Source of the DNA: Cyanobacteria bacterium auto_48_18
GTDB taxonomy: Bacteria > Cyanobacteriota > Vampirovibrionia > Obscuribacterales > Obscuribacteraceae
Direction: 5' to 3'
Assembly (NCBI GenBank): GCA_036170915.1
Contig: JAVHQC010000022.1
Span: 287,420 to 351,419, forward strand
Length of the DNA: 64,000 nt
Shown: in pieces, positions 44,957 through 54,845 of the stretch
Layout of the letters: each line of letters begins with the position of its first letter
How positions within the stretch are numbered: the stretch's first letter is position 1
Made by a program: the position numbers and the translations under genes
The notes under the pieces: model-generated
Database searches by the model: none
What the model saw: the letters and a program-made list of their open reading frames with translations, nothing else
What the model was told of the DNA's origin: nothing

Positions 44957-47011
44957 ATGTTTACCGACAACGCTTTAAAAGTGCTTGAGAAGCGCTATTT
45001 CTTACGTGACGACCAAGGTCATATCGTAGAAGATGTTGACGCACTTTTCACTCGCGTGGCCGCCTGTGTGGCATCTAGTGAGAAAAAGTCCATAGCTAAA
45101 CCTCACGGTCTCAACCCTGAAGCGATTGACGAGCTAGCAGATCGTTTTAAACAAGCGATGCTAAACCGTGAGTTTTTGCCCAATTCGCCAACTTTGATGA
45201 ACGCCGGAAAACCAGGCGGGCAGCTGTCAGCGTGTTTCGTTTTGCCTGTTCCTGATTCACTTGAGGGCATCTTCGAAACTTGTAAGAATGCCGCCATGAT
45301 TCATAAAACTGGTGGTGGTACAGGTTTTTCCTTTTCTCGTTTAAGACCACTAAACGATCGAGTGGCATCATCTGTAGGAGTGGCTTCTGGTCCAGTTAGT
45401 TTTATGATGGTTTATGACGCAGCCACAGAAGCCATTCGTCAGGGTGGTACCAGGCGTGGTGCCAATATGGGTATGCTGCGTGTTGACCATCCTGATATCG
45501 AACAATTTATTACTTGTAAGAAAGACACAAGTAAACTGAATAATTTCAATATTTCAGTGGCAATCACCGACAAATTTATGCAAGCCGTAAAAGCCGATGA
45601 AATGTTCGATCTTATTCATCCAAGTAGCGCTGCGACTTCATCTCCACAAGTTGTAAGACAAGTAAATGCTCGCGCACTTTTTCAGCAAATGGTTGAGAAT
45701 GCACATGCTACCGGCGAGCCTGGTATGGTTTTTATTGATCGCATCAATCAGGCCGATCCAATTAAACTTACCCTTGGCGATAACGGCTTACCAGTTGCAG
45801 GTACAGAAGATATCGAAGCCACCAATCCTTGTGGAGAACAGCCTCTGGGGCCGGGAGACGCTTGCAATCTTGGTAGCGTAAATTTAGCTCAATTTGTCAA
45901 TGTTAAAGATCACACTTTTGATTGGTCGCGGCTGGCCGAAATTATTGCTTTGGGCGTGCGTTTTCTTGACGATGTCATTGACGCCAATGTTTATCCTTTT
46001 GCATTCATTGCTAATGCCACTTTAAACAACCGCCGTATAGGCCTCGGTTTAATGGGTTTTGCCGATGCGCTGATTAGACTTGGAATTGCCTACGATAGTG
46101 AAGAAGCGGTAAAGCTAGCTGAAGAAGTGATGAGCTTTTTCCAGGAGAAAGCCCATGACGTTTCTCGCCAGTTAGCTGAAAAACGCGGCAATTTTCCCAA
46201 CTATGCTTTTTCTGATTTTGCTGAAAGTAAGATTCCGAGGCGTAATGCCACAGTTACAACCATTGCCCCTACCGGAACAATTTCAATAATCGCAGGCACC
46301 AGCTCTGGTATCGAACCGCTTTTTGCCATCTCATTTGTGCGTCGCGTTCTTGGTGGCACAGAGCTAATCGAAGTTAATCCTCTGTTTGAGCAAATCGCTC
46401 GCGAGCGTGGTTTCTACAGCGAAGAACTGATGCGCAAAATTGCGCAGGAGGGCACAGTTACCCATATCGATGAAGTGCCCGACGATGTAAAACGCGTTTT
46501 TGTTTGCGCTCATGATATTGATTATCTTTATCATGTTCGCATGCAGGCTGCATTCCAGCGCTTTACCGATAATGCAGTATCGAAGACCATTAATTTCCCT
46601 CACGACGCTACTACCGCCCAAGTAGAATCTGCCTACATGGCCGCCTGGGATCTTGGTCTGAAAGGCATTACGGTTTATCGTGATGCTTCTCGCCGGTCGC
46701 AAGTTCTAAATATCGGTAAAACAGATCCATTACGTCCTTCAAACGCCGACACTCTTCAAGCTCGCGAGTTTGATGATAGCCTAAAAAAGCGACGCTTTGC
46801 TGGCCGCGCGGGGACTGTGACTAGTCCTCAGATTAAAGGCACCTCAGCTCTAGCTTTCTCACCCAATCAAGCGATATCCATCGATAGCAAAAGAGCTGCA
46901 GTGATAGATATATCTATTGAGGCTTGCCCCGAATGTGGTGACATCGCTAAAAGTTTCCTCAAGTATGAAGCCTGCAGTCTCTGTGTTTCTTGCGGTTATA
47001 CTAAGTGCTGA
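44957..47011 (+). CDS. nrdJ: adenosylcobalamin-dependent (class II) ribonucleotide reductase
   Basis: FLPNSPTLMNAG, LSACFV, GGGTG, RRGANM, TNPCGEQPL, CNLGS, TIAPTGT, GLKGITVYRD, C-terminal CPEC...CSLCVSCGYTKC. Confidence 0.92.
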   Translation: MFTDNALKVLEKRYFLRDDQGHIVEDVDALFTRVAACVASSEKKSIAKPHGLNPEAIDELADRFKQAMLNREFLPNSPTLMNAGKPGGQLSACFVLPVPDSLEGIFETCKNAAMIHKTGGGTGFSFSRLRPLNDRVASSVGVASGPVSFMMVYDAATEAIRQGGTRRGANMGMLRVDHPDIEQFITCKKDTSKLNNFNISVAITDKFMQAVKADEMFDLIHPSSAATSSPQVVRQVNARALFQQMVENAHATGEPGMVFIDRINQADPIKLTLGDNGLPVAGTEDIEATNPCGEQPLGPGDACNLGSVNLAQFVNVKDHTFDWSRLAEIIALGVRFLDDVIDANVYPFAFIANATLNNRRIGLGLMGFADALIRLGIAYDSEEAVKLAEEVMSFFQEKAHDVSRQLAEKRGNFPNYAFSDFAESKIPRRNATVTTIAPTGTISIIAGTSSGIEPLFAISFVRRVLGGTELIEVNPLFEQIARERGFYSEELMRKIAQEGTVTHIDEVPDDVKRVFVCAHDIDYLYHVRMQAAFQRFTDNAVSKTINFPHDATTAQVESAYMAAWDLGLKGITVYRDASRRSQVLNIGKTDPLRPSNADTLQAREFDDSLKKRRFAGRAGTVTSPQIKGTSALAFSPNQAISIDSKRAAVIDISIEACPECGDIAKSFLKYEACSLCVSCGYTKC

Positions 47012-47048
47012 TAATGCGTGAATAAGTCATCACATTAGAGGAAAGGCT

Positions 47049-47624
47049 ATGTCGATTTTAGTTGATCGTGAGATCCGTGAAGAAATTTCCAGCGGCAAAC
47101 TGATCATCGAACCTTATGAAGATCGTCTGATTCAGCCTAATTCTTATGATGTGCGCTTGAGTGATCATTTTTCCTGGCACGAAATCGGCACCGACATCAT
47201 TGACCCTTACGCTTCGCAAACAATTTTGCAAGGTGTAACTGAGGTGCAGCAAGACAGCATTGTGTTGCAGCCAGATCAGTTTATTCTTGGTGCCACTCTT
47301 GAAGCTGTCTGTCTACCTGATTATATTGTCGGGCAACTAACAGGAAAATCCAGCTTGGCCAGACTGGGTGTAATGGTTCACGTCACGGCTGGTTTTATTG
47401 ACGCCGGCTTCAGCCATCCTCCAGCACAGATTACTTTAGAGATTCTCAACGTCGGCAATCGACCAGTGCGCTTGCATGCAGGCATGAGCATCGGCCAGAT
47501 GGTGTTTACTCGCACCGCTGTGTGCGATTTGCCGTATCACAAAAAGCCCGGTGCTAAGTACAACGGGCAGACAGCCGCTGCTCACAGCATGTATTACCTG
47601 AACCCAGCTACAGTAATTAAGTAA
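47049..47624 (+). CDS. dcd: dCTP deaminase
   Basis: QPNSYDVRL, GKSSLARLG..VH.TAGFIDAGF, TLEI.N, GQMVF, KY.GQ. Confidence 0.92.
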   Translation: MSILVDREIREEISSGKLIIEPYEDRLIQPNSYDVRLSDHFSWHEIGTDIIDPYASQTILQGVTEVQQDSIVLQPDQFILGATLEAVCLPDYIVGQLTGKSSLARLGVMVHVTAGFIDAGFSHPPAQITLEILNVGNRPVRLHAGMSIGQMVFTRTAVCDLPYHKKPGAKYNGQTAAAHSMYYLNPATVIK

Positions 47625-47641
47625 AACCAGCGTTGGTCGAT

Positions 47642-48388
47642 TTATTCGACTTTCTTACGTTGCTCCACCAGCTTTTGCATCAGCGAACTTGGCGTTGCCG
47701 CTGGTCGAGTGGGGCTCAGTGGGTTTAACTGATTTTGTGATACGCTTGCGTTAGGTGCTTCGACGCCTTCGGCTTTTCCTGTTATAACCGGCACCAGCGC
47801 GATGTCTTGAAGAGTAATGTCTTCTACAGGAGCTTTGCTTACCGACTCTTGTGGCTCGGCAACATAGGCTTTGAAGACGCCTGATTGTTTCCAGCTGCCG
47901 GTTTGGGCTCCTTTGATGCAGGCAATCAGATGCTTTGCTTCACGCTCACGGTGAGTTTCGGTGAGCAGTCGAGCGTAATTGGCCATTACATTGAGAGTCT
48001 GTGGGTGTGTGCTGCCCAGCAATTTTGTTTGCATGCTGAGCGCTTTTTGATATTCGGTTTCAGCCATGAAATGCTTTTTCTGATTGTGGTAAAGCAGAGC
48101 GAGATTGTTCGTAAATACGGCAATGTCTGGATGATCAGGGCCGTATTTGCGCTCATAAATCATTATTATGCGTTTGACCACCGGTTCGGCTTGCACAGGC
48201 CGGTCCATCTTAAAGAGTATTTCTGCCAGGCATTCCAGCGTCATTACCAGCCGTCCGTCATCGGGTTTGAAATCTTCGGCGATATCAAGGGCGGCATAAA
48301 GGAGCGGTTCTGCATGGTCGTACTTGCCCAGCTGCATGGCTTTGCGCACTGATTCCCAGTAACTGGCCCAACGATCGTCTAAATTCAT
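47642..48388 (-). CDS. tetratricopeptide-repeat protein (kinesin-light-chain-like repeats)
   Basis: AEPL...AL, GPDHPDIA...NNLALLY, LGSTHP.T. Confidence 0.8.
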   Translation of the reverse strand: MNLDDRWASYWESVRKAMQLGKYDHAEPLLYAALDIAEDFKPDDGRLVMTLECLAEILFKMDRPVQAEPVVKRIIMIYERKYGPDHPDIAVFTNNLALLYHNQKKHFMAETEYQKALSMQTKLLGSTHPQTLNVMANYARLLTETHREREAKHLIACIKGAQTGSWKQSGVFKAYVAEPQESVSKAPVEDITLQDIALVPVITGKAEGVEAPNASVSQNQLNPLSPTRPAATPSSLMQKLVEQRKKVE

Positions 48389-48631
48389 GTTTTTCTTCCG
48401 CTAAATTTGGTTTAGACTCCTATCTTAAGAATACATCTTGGCAACCCCTGTGACTACTGCTGAAACGCCACAGGTGCAGGTCTTGCGTCTTTTTCAAGCG
48501 GGTTAATAGCTGCAGATGAGCCTCGGGAGTGGGAATCCTACGAATTTACTGATGTCTAACTCTTATTTAATATGGATAGATGTGTGGCATATAGAAGTTA
48601 CTGCCCGCCTTTTTCTTTCTGGAGAGTCCCT

Positions 48632-51142
48632 ATGACCGATGCACCACAAAAAGGTAAAACTGAAGACAAGGTTCAAGACGAAGCTACCCAAAAGCTTCTC
48701 ACCAGTCTCGGCGATCGTGTCGCCCAGTCACCTTATAACCAAGTTGCGCCAGCTTTCCAGAATGGTTTAGACCAACAAAAAGAAGGTGGTAAGCCGGGTC
48801 AGGGCCGCGATGCTTATTTCCCTCCCGATTCTCCTACCGTTGAACGACCATCACGTGGAAGATACGGCCCTAGCGGAACGTTGTATCCGGGAGCCGACCA
48901 GAATCCAGGCAATGGCAACGGCACTCCTCAGGTAAATCCAGATTTCAGAAAGCAGCATGAAGGTAAACAAGTCGATCCCACCAAGCCCTACGAGCGCAAC
49001 CCTATTGGTGGTCAGGCCGCGCAAGAATTAAAAGGCGGCAAGCCTGCACCCGACCGTCAGTATTCGTGGCAGGGTGGTGACTTTTTTGATGCTCGTGTGC
49101 AGCAGACCATTAACAAACGCGGTCAGCACACCGATCTTTTGATGGCCTTGGGCTTTGGTGCTGCAGCGACAGTGCCGATTCCGATGATTCATAGAGGCAT
49201 ATCCAATGCTGCCGATAAAGCTGTGGTTAATGGCGCAGAAACTAATTCCGTCAGTAGTAGGTTAGGTAAATGGTGGCAAACAAATTTAGATCCTTCTAAA
49301 GCCAGTGCCGGTGATTTAATCAAACCGAATGCCGCGCACGAAGCCGCTTTCACCGATTTCAAAGCAATGAGAGACCGGCTTGCTCAAGAAGTAGCTGAGA
49401 AAGGTGACCTTGCTAAACAAGCTCAAGAGAAGCTGGCCTTCTTAGAAGAGCGCAGCAAAACCGGGTTGAAAACAAGCACTCATTTAGAAGCAAAAGTACA
49501 GGGAATCTTTAGTGCAGACGAACTGAAAGTTTTAGAAAATCGAATCACTGCCGAAGCTGCCACTGATGCTGCCACCAAGCAGAAGGCTGGTCGCCTGGCC
49601 AGTTTGGTTGATAACTCGCCTAGCTGGATGAAACGCATGGGCATCGGCCTTAGCGGCACACTGCTCGACTATACGGCGATCACTACTGACCGTTCCATCA
49701 CCAGACAAATTGCTGGTGACAAAGGTGTGCACGAATCGTGGAACGTTAGCCAGTTAGCCACGCCAATGGCCTTTGCTGCCATGCCCGGCCGATGGAAAAT
49801 GGCGGCTCCGATTGTAGGTATTGCCAGCAGCCAGATAGTTGATGGTGTGGCCAGAACAACCGGCCTAACTGCCCCTGATCGTTGGAACGCGGCTACTGGT
49901 GTATTCGATGGTTGGAACGGCGCCTTTGTGGCCGGCAGTTTGACTCTGGCTACATACGCCAAAAACCCCTGGGCTAAAGCCACCATCGCGGGTCTAGGTA
50001 CCATAGTTCCGACTGCCATGCACTTGTATCAAGACAACATCGGCGGCAATCTTAAGGGTAAAACTGAGAATGCTCGCGAGAGTGTGCAAGAAGATCATGC
50101 CGATCGCTCGTACAGTTCACTCAAACACGTAGACTCGGCCATGAGCAAAGTCTTGAATAAGAAGGAAGACTGGGTCGCTGCCAACGTTGATGCCAGCTTC
50201 GCGGCTATGACCACCAAGTGGAATCAATTGGGTGCTGAACAAAGGCTTCTTGCTCTGCGCGATGACGCCAGCACAACCGGCGCTTTGTCTCGTCACATTC
50301 TAGATAAGGGTACTCGCATTGCTGACAAAAATAGTGAGCCCGACTATATGCTGCAAGGCTATCAACTAGACGTAGGTGGACGTTCGCTGCACTATATGCT
50401 GCGCACCAGAAACAGCGCTGATAAGGCCGCTCAGCTCACTCAGGGGATTATCAATGATAATCAGAATAATCCTGATAAGCCGATCACTATTAAGGGTGAG
50501 TTGCCGCAGAAAAGCGAAGTTGATGATTTGAAAAAATACTCAGCTGAGGCGCAAGAAGACATCAATAAAATTCTCGATGGCAAACATGATATTCGTGGTG
50601 CCTTTGATGAACTGGTAAAAGAAGCGAAGGTGCTTGATAAAGAGTTCATCAAAACGTACATCAAAGCGCCTGATCGCCTGATTCTCTATTACAACGAGAA
50701 GGGTGCCAAGGCCAAAGAGGTGTCTGAGAAAGCCGCTGCTGAAGGCAATGACGCTTTGCGCCAGCAAGCCGATGCCAAAATGCAAGAGTACGCCAAAGTG
50801 GTTGGCAAACTCTATCGTGACCAGGCTCTGGCTTACATGGCTATGGCCGCTGCCAAAAATGCAAATGGCAAAGACGGTGGAGGCTCTTACGATTTTCTGA
50901 TAGACGACGGCGCCAACAACAAAGACATTTTTGAAACCACCGGACAGCGCAAGAGCTATAACGGAGCTCAAGGTTGTTTGCGTTTGGCTGAAAATTATTC
51001 ACCAACCAACCCTGACATGGTTGAACTGAATAAAATATTTGCCGAGACTGCCGCCAAAATGCGAGATAACAAGGTGCTGCAATTGACTGGTGGAACCAAT
51101 ATTCTTGGTTATCACGACAATTTCGCTAGACCTAGGCAGTAG
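48632..51142 (+). CDS. large hypothetical helical protein with central hydrophobic segments
   Basis: Uninterrupted ORF of about 836 aa; GGAG SD before ATG 48632; no recognisable family. Confidence 0.75.
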   Translation: MTDAPQKGKTEDKVQDEATQKLLTSLGDRVAQSPYNQVAPAFQNGLDQQKEGGKPGQGRDAYFPPDSPTVERPSRGRYGPSGTLYPGADQNPGNGNGTPQVNPDFRKQHEGKQVDPTKPYERNPIGGQAAQELKGGKPAPDRQYSWQGGDFFDARVQQTINKRGQHTDLLMALGFGAAATVPIPMIHRGISNAADKAVVNGAETNSVSSRLGKWWQTNLDPSKASAGDLIKPNAAHEAAFTDFKAMRDRLAQEVAEKGDLAKQAQEKLAFLEERSKTGLKTSTHLEAKVQGIFSADELKVLENRITAEAATDAATKQKAGRLASLVDNSPSWMKRMGIGLSGTLLDYTAITTDRSITRQIAGDKGVHESWNVSQLATPMAFAAMPGRWKMAAPIVGIASSQIVDGVARTTGLTAPDRWNAATGVFDGWNGAFVAGSLTLATYAKNPWAKATIAGLGTIVPTAMHLYQDNIGGNLKGKTENARESVQEDHADRSYSSLKHVDSAMSKVLNKKEDWVAANVDASFAAMTTKWNQLGAEQRLLALRDDASTTGALSRHILDKGTRIADKNSEPDYMLQGYQLDVGGRSLHYMLRTRNSADKAAQLTQGIINDNQNNPDKPITIKGELPQKSEVDDLKKYSAEAQEDINKILDGKHDIRGAFDELVKEAKVLDKEFIKTYIKAPDRLILYYNEKGAKAKEVSEKAAAEGNDALRQQADAKMQEYAKVVGKLYRDQALAYMAMAAAKNANGKDGGGSYDFLIDDGANNKDIFETTGQRKSYNGAQGCLRLAENYSPTNPDMVELNKIFAETAAKMRDNKVLQLTGGTNILGYHDNFARPRQ

Positions 51143-51171
51143 TTTCTGCTCTCGGTAATAATTTTTCTCGC

Positions 51172-52695
51172 TCATCGCCAGGCTTTTCCACCCGGTTTTT
51201 TTCGGCTGCCGTGCTTTTGAAAAACACGTTCTGCATCTAAATTGGCAGCCTCTGTTTTGCGCAAAGCAAAAATGCGGTCTTTGGCGCTTTTGGCTGCTAT
51301 AGCGTGATCGACAATGGGAGATGGATAATCTTTGCCAATTACACAACCATGAAATTGCTGAAAAAGTGGTGGCAGTAATTCTGGTTGATGCAAATATTCT
51401 AAAGGCACATCTTTGAGCTCCGGCACATATTGACGAATAAACTCGCCGTCAGGATCTTGCTCTAGACCTTGCTTTATTGGCGAATAGACACGAATGTCAT
51501 TGATTGCCGTTGTACCTGCTTGCATTTGGAATTGAGAATAATGAATACCGGGCTCGAAATCTAGAAAATGCCGAGCAAGATAAACTGCAGTGGGGCGCCA
51601 GTGAAGCCAGAGATCGAAAGAGGCAAAAGATACAAGCATAGCTCGCATGCGAAAATTGACCCAGCCTGTTTCTTTTAAAGCACGCATGCAAGCGTCAACC
51701 ATCGGATACCCAGTCATGCCGTTGCACCAGGCCGCAAAATAGTCCTGGCGAAAATCACTTTCGCGAAGGTCGTCGTAAATTGGGGACATATTGTGAAACT
51801 CAATAGCCGGCTCGTCCTCAAGCTTTTGCATGAAATGGCAACGCCAGATAAGACGTTGTTCAAAAGATGCCAGGCTCTTTTGCCAGGCGCTTTGTCTGGC
51901 ATTGCTCTCTTTTCCTGCGCTTGCTAAATTCTGTCGACGTGCCACGCTGGCCTGGTAAACTACACGCGAAGATATGGCACCAAAAGTCAGATAGGGGCTC
52001 AGTCTGCTGCACGAATTTTGTGCGCTCAGAGGGCTCGATATTTCATAGCGATAATTTTTGCCTCGTAGAGACAAAAAAGAAAGCAGCTCTTCCTGGGCAA
52101 TTGCTTCTCCTCCTACCTGTGCTTTTGGCTTGGTAGATGGAGCTAAGCCAATCTCTGCCAGTGTTGGAATCGCTCCCGTCTGCACATCTGTAAGTGTGAA
52201 ATTTTCTGGCAGTTGTAATCGTGGTGGCACAGCTGTGACAGGGGTGCTCATGCGTTCAAACCATTTGGCACTCCAGCCGTCGCGATTGCGCAATCGTCTT
52301 ACCACGCCGTTCTGAGGAATCTCTTCATAAGCGATGCCGGCATTTTTGCACCATGCCTGCACGCGTAGGTCTCGTTTGTAGGTTATGTCATTGCCTGTTT
52401 CTTCGTGGCACCAGATTTTTTCAAAAGCTATCTTGTCTTGAAGAGTTTTGAAAACTTCAGGGAGATCACCCTGCATAACGAACAGGCTGCCGCCAATTTT
52501 GAGCAAATTTTGACGCAATTCATGCAAACAATCGTTGATAAAGACCTGATGACTGGAATCAAAATCTTCGGCAAAAATTACTGCTGGTTCAATTACGTAG
52601 AGGCATAATACAGGCCCATGTTTCGCCGCCATGGCTAGAGGTTGATGATCCAAAACCCGCAGGTCTTTTTTGAACCAAACTAGCTGAACAGCCAT
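51172..52695 (-). CDS. DNA photolyase/cryptochrome family protein
   Basis: VWFKKDLRVLDH, CSRLSPYL..G, G.TGYPMVDACMR.L..TGW.NFRMRAM, DFEPGIHY. Confidence 0.9.
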   Translation of the reverse strand: MAVQLVWFKKDLRVLDHQPLAMAAKHGPVLCLYVIEPAVIFAEDFDSSHQVFINDCLHELRQNLLKIGGSLFVMQGDLPEVFKTLQDKIAFEKIWCHEETGNDITYKRDLRVQAWCKNAGIAYEEIPQNGVVRRLRNRDGWSAKWFERMSTPVTAVPPRLQLPENFTLTDVQTGAIPTLAEIGLAPSTKPKAQVGGEAIAQEELLSFLSLRGKNYRYEISSPLSAQNSCSRLSPYLTFGAISSRVVYQASVARRQNLASAGKESNARQSAWQKSLASFEQRLIWRCHFMQKLEDEPAIEFHNMSPIYDDLRESDFRQDYFAAWCNGMTGYPMVDACMRALKETGWVNFRMRAMLVSFASFDLWLHWRPTAVYLARHFLDFEPGIHYSQFQMQAGTTAINDIRVYSPIKQGLEQDPDGEFIRQYVPELKDVPLEYLHQPELLPPLFQQFHGCVIGKDYPSPIVDHAIAAKSAKDRIFALRKTEAANLDAERVFQKHGSRKKPGGKAWR

Positions 52696-52730
52696 GGCGA
52701 TAACCTGAGATTTGGGAATAAATGTGAGCA

Positions 52731-53120
52731 GTGAATTATCTTCAATTTAACAAGTTCTGCAAGGCTTTTCCCCACGCTTCTCACGTTGTGCAGTGGGGTG
52801 GAGCTCATGTTTGGAAAATTGGCGGAAAGGTTTTCGCGATTGGCGGTTGGGCAACAAATAGTAGTGGCGCAATTACTTTTAAAGTCAGTGAAATGAACTT
52901 CGAGATGCTTCGAGAGCAGCCGGGTCTTCGCCCGGCACCCTATCTGGCGTCGCGTGGGCTTAAGTGGATTCAACATTATGAATCTCCCGGTCTGAGTGAT
53001 AGCGAATTGAAAGAGTGCATTCGCAGGTCATATGTGCTTGTATCGCAGGGCCTATCAAAGAAGCGACGCGCCGAGCTTGGACTGACGGAGGATTGCGGTG
53101 AATCTAATCACAAAGGGTAA
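52731..53120 (+). CDS. MmcQ/YjbR-family DNA-binding protein
   Basis: VWKIGGKVFAI, TFKV, RPAPYLA, W, SY.LV. Confidence 0.85.
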   Translation: MNYLQFNKFCKAFPHASHVVQWGGAHVWKIGGKVFAIGGWATNSSGAITFKVSEMNFEMLREQPGLRPAPYLASRGLKWIQHYESPGLSDSELKECIRRSYVLVSQGLSKKRRAELGLTEDCGESNHKG

Positions 53121-53208
53121 AAGTCGGCTAAAAATGGCTATGATTGCAAGTGTGGTTAACCTGGCCTAAAGGCAAACATAACAACCGCCATTTACTGAGG
53201 TTTTATCA

Positions 53209-54735
53209 ATGCCTGATTCACCTGTTCTAGTTATAGGCGCTTCTGGCTATGTCGGCAACCGACTGGTGCCTCAACTGCTGCACGCCGGTTTTAGAGTCAG
53301 GGCCTGCGGCCGCTCACTTGCCAACTTGAAAAGCAAAATTTGGTCGCAGCATGCCAATGTCGAGTTGGTGGAGGCTGATATTCTTCGCCCGAAGTCACTA
53401 AGTATGGCAATTTCGGGATGCGAGATAGCCTATTATCTGGTGCATTCTATGAATAAGAACACCAGAGATTTTGCTAGAAAAGATCGGCAAGCCGCACTAA
53501 ATATGGTATCAGCTTCAGAGTCTTCTCAGTTGCGTCAGATCATTTACCTGGGCGGCCTCGGAGAAGATGACGACAAGCTCAGTAAGCATCTTCGCTCTAG
53601 AGCTGAAGTTGCCTCTATTTTGCAATCAGGCTCAGTTCCGGTAACTGTTTTGCGTGCAGCCATGATTATTGGCTCAGGCAGTGCGTCTTTTGAATTGCTT
53701 CGCTATCTGGTAGAAAGATTGCCGGTGATGGTTACACCAGAATCAGTCGATACTAAAAATCAACCAATCGCCATTGAAAACGTGCTTGCTTATTTAGTCG
53801 GCTGTCTTGGTAATGAAAAAACTTACGGAGAAATTTTCGATATTGGTGGAAGCGAAATTCTCACGTATAGAGAACTAATAAAGGCCTACGCCAAAGAAGC
53901 CAATATCATAGAGCCGACAATCATCTCAACGCCGTACCTATCTGGCCAGGTCAGTGCTTTTTTGCTGCAATTTGCCACGCCGATTCCTGGATACTTAGTC
54001 GGACCGCTGGCAGAAGGAATGTCTTGCGGAGTGGTCTGCAAAGAAAATCGCATTAGAGATCTGATACCACTTAGTTTGCTCGACAGCCGCTCAGCCATTG
54101 GCAAGGCTCTAGAAACCAGACAGTATCACGATCTTGAAAGCTTAGAAACTGAAGCAGACATGATACGCCATCCGGAGTGGGTGGCCATGGATGAGCCCGA
54201 TTGGGTTGGAGGCACCGTATATAGTGAATGCTATCGTATGGTGGTGAAGGGTTCACTCGCTCAGGCCTGGAAGCCAATTGTGCGATTGGGTGGAGAAACA
54301 GGCTACTACTTCGGCGACCAGTTATGGCAGTTGCGCGGCCTGCTAGATTTGCTTTTTGGTGGTGTGGGCATGCGCAAAGGGCGTCGTCATCCTACTGACC
54401 TGGCTGTGGGTGATGCACTGGACTTTTGGCGAGTCTTGCTCGTTGAGCCAGACCACCGGTTAGTGCTTCTGGCTGAGATGAAATTGCCGGGTGAGGCAGT
54501 TCTCGAGTTCAGGTTAAAGCGTCTCGGTGATGAGAAAACTGAAATCGTGCAGATACTGAAATTTTTGCCCAACGGAATTTATGGTATGAGTTACTGGCAC
54601 GCTTCCACAAGGTTGCACGGCCAACTGTTTGTCGGCATGCTTGAAGGTATTGCCAGGGCAAGCAAGTGTAAAATACTGGAAGGCCCAAAATCGATAAAGA
54701 TGCCTGCATCAGTGCTTTCTACAGCTAAGGCATGA
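53209..54735 (+). CDS. NAD(P)-binding SDR-like protein with DUF2867-like C-terminus (YbjT-like)
   Basis: GASGYVG, YYLVHSM, SKHLRSR, RAAMIIGSGSASFE, DALDFWRV, AEMKLPGEA.L. Confidence 0.85.
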   Translation: MPDSPVLVIGASGYVGNRLVPQLLHAGFRVRACGRSLANLKSKIWSQHANVELVEADILRPKSLSMAISGCEIAYYLVHSMNKNTRDFARKDRQAALNMVSASESSQLRQIIYLGGLGEDDDKLSKHLRSRAEVASILQSGSVPVTVLRAAMIIGSGSASFELLRYLVERLPVMVTPESVDTKNQPIAIENVLAYLVGCLGNEKTYGEIFDIGGSEILTYRELIKAYAKEANIIEPTIISTPYLSGQVSAFLLQFATPIPGYLVGPLAEGMSCGVVCKENRIRDLIPLSLLDSRSAIGKALETRQYHDLESLETEADMIRHPEWVAMDEPDWVGGTVYSECYRMVVKGSLAQAWKPIVRLGGETGYYFGDQLWQLRGLLDLLFGGVGMRKGRRHPTDLAVGDALDFWRVLLVEPDHRLVLLAEMKLPGEAVLEFRLKRLGDEKTEIVQILKFLPNGIYGMSYWHASTRLHGQLFVGMLEGIARASKCKILEGPKSIKMPASVLSTAKA

Positions 54736-54845
54736 GTCAGTGAAATTAATTCATTGCTTTCAGAACTAAAGTTTTCAATTTCGATTGAACTTTTTGCCCC
54801 AAAATTACGTTTACTCTTTTGTACTGCAATTGAGAGAGTAAATTT

